DNA of 7,781 bases, from positions 9,086 through 16,866 of the forward strand of contig JBJCIZ010000917.1 in assembly GCA_051294375.1 (NCBI GenBank). The letters run 5' to 3'. The notes below the pieces were generated by a model. That model saw only the letters and a program-made list of their open reading frames with translations, was not told the origin of the DNA and searched no databases. This DNA comes from Paraspadella gotoi (Eukaryota > Animalia > Chaetognatha). The translations under genes were made by a program, and so were the position numbers. Positions 7,307-7,781 of this stretch are shown one piece after another. Numbering within the stretch: position 1 is the first letter of the stretch; each line of letters begins with the position of its first letter.

Positions 7307-7489
7307 TTAAAACCCTCCGCCTTCTGGTTCACAGGTTTTATCGAATATAATAAAAAAATGTTGAGAGAAATCGTTGCCGTCGTAGTAGGGGTGGGGGCGG
7401 GTTCTGCCCTCCCCACCAACTTTGAGGAATGCCTCGAGAGGCTTATCCTCGACGGAGGTTATAGTTACAGGATAAATTTCAAATGACAA
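7307..7489 (-). CDS. Hypothetical ORF fragment (TTG start; possibly a frameshifted continuation of the acidic ORF)
   Basis: 60 codons beginning 2 nt after the acidic ORF stop; no ATG. Confidence 0.3.
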   Translation of the reverse strand: MSFEIYPVTITSVEDKPLEAFLKVGGEGRTRPHPYYDGNDFSQHFFIIFDKTCEPEGGGF

Positions 7490-7490
7490 T

Positions 7491-7781
7491 TTATTCTATA
7501 CGTATAACTAACAAAAAATGTTTTTTTATCTCAGATATAGCGTGGAACGCTTGCGCCGCCGAGTGGGGGGCGCCGACCTCGTCTTCCTCGTCGCCGTCTT
7601 TGTCGGCGTCTCCTTCGGCGTCGTCAGCGTCGCCTTCGACGTCGGCGTCTTTCTCGTCGTTGTCTTGGACGGCGTCGCCTTCGTCTTCATCGTCGTGGTC
7701 GTCGTCGTCATCGTCGTTTTCTTCGACGGCCCCAACATGGGGTCGAAGGAGTTGGGTCGCATACTCACTCCGTTGGTCGGT
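7491..7781 (-). CDS. Asp/Glu-rich hypothetical protein, partial (starts beyond the right edge)
   Basis: Frame open from 7781: TDQRSEYATQLLRPHVGAVEENDDDDDDHDDEDEGDAVQDNDEKDADVEGDADDAEGDADKDGDEEDEVGAPHSAAQAFHAISEIKKHFLLVIRIE*, with GAC/GAA codon runs. Confidence 0.55.
   Translation of the reverse strand, partial: TDQRSEYATQLLRPHVGAVEENDDDDDDHDDEDEGDAVQDNDEKDADVEGDADDAEGDADKDGDEEDEVGAPHSAAQAFHAISEIKKHFLLVIRIE

Larger units (their letters stand above)
1260..7781 (-). mobile_element. Polinton/Maverick (adintovirus-like) element, internal portion; termini, pPolB and protease genes not in window
   Basis: Co-oriented, tightly packed ATPase, conserved small ORF, PZ-like ORF, DDE integrase, penton, PW-like ORF and major capsid. 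This gene set and order are characteristic of animal Polintons. The region is AT-rich with A-rich start contexts (aaaATG). Confidence 0.93.

Noticed and set aside
7526-7768. 80-aa Thr-rich ORF
   Set aside because: ACG runs are the shifted reading of GAC (Asp) codons. The acidic frame is longer and open to the edge, though the frame is not proven.

Overview
Eukaryotic mobile DNA, with all genes on the minus strand. Bases 1260-7781 are the morphogenesis/integration module of a Polinton/Maverick (adintovirus-like) element. In reading order it contains an acidic ORF, a TATA-containing intergenic region, one or two coiled-coil ORFs, an FtsK/A32-type packaging ATPase, a 109-aa conserved protein, a ~337-aa PZ-like protein, a DDE integrase with a degenerate chromodomain, the minor capsid (penton), a PW/core-like basic protein that the ORF track misses, and the N-terminus of the major capsid. 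After a 10-N assembly gap (1250-1259), bases 1-1249 are gag (capsid-like region plus CCHC knuckle) and aspartic protease of a Ty3/Gypsy-type LTR retrotransposon. The ORF track misleads in two places: the 300-aa ORF is a capsid/Gag chimera across the gap, and the 741-aa ORF runs three normally separate genes together. The copy carries several apparent single-base deletions, two in-frame TAA stops and a ~390-bp LTR-like insertion, so it is a decaying endogenous copy and/or has consensus errors. All family calls come from motif recognition by eye, not database searches.
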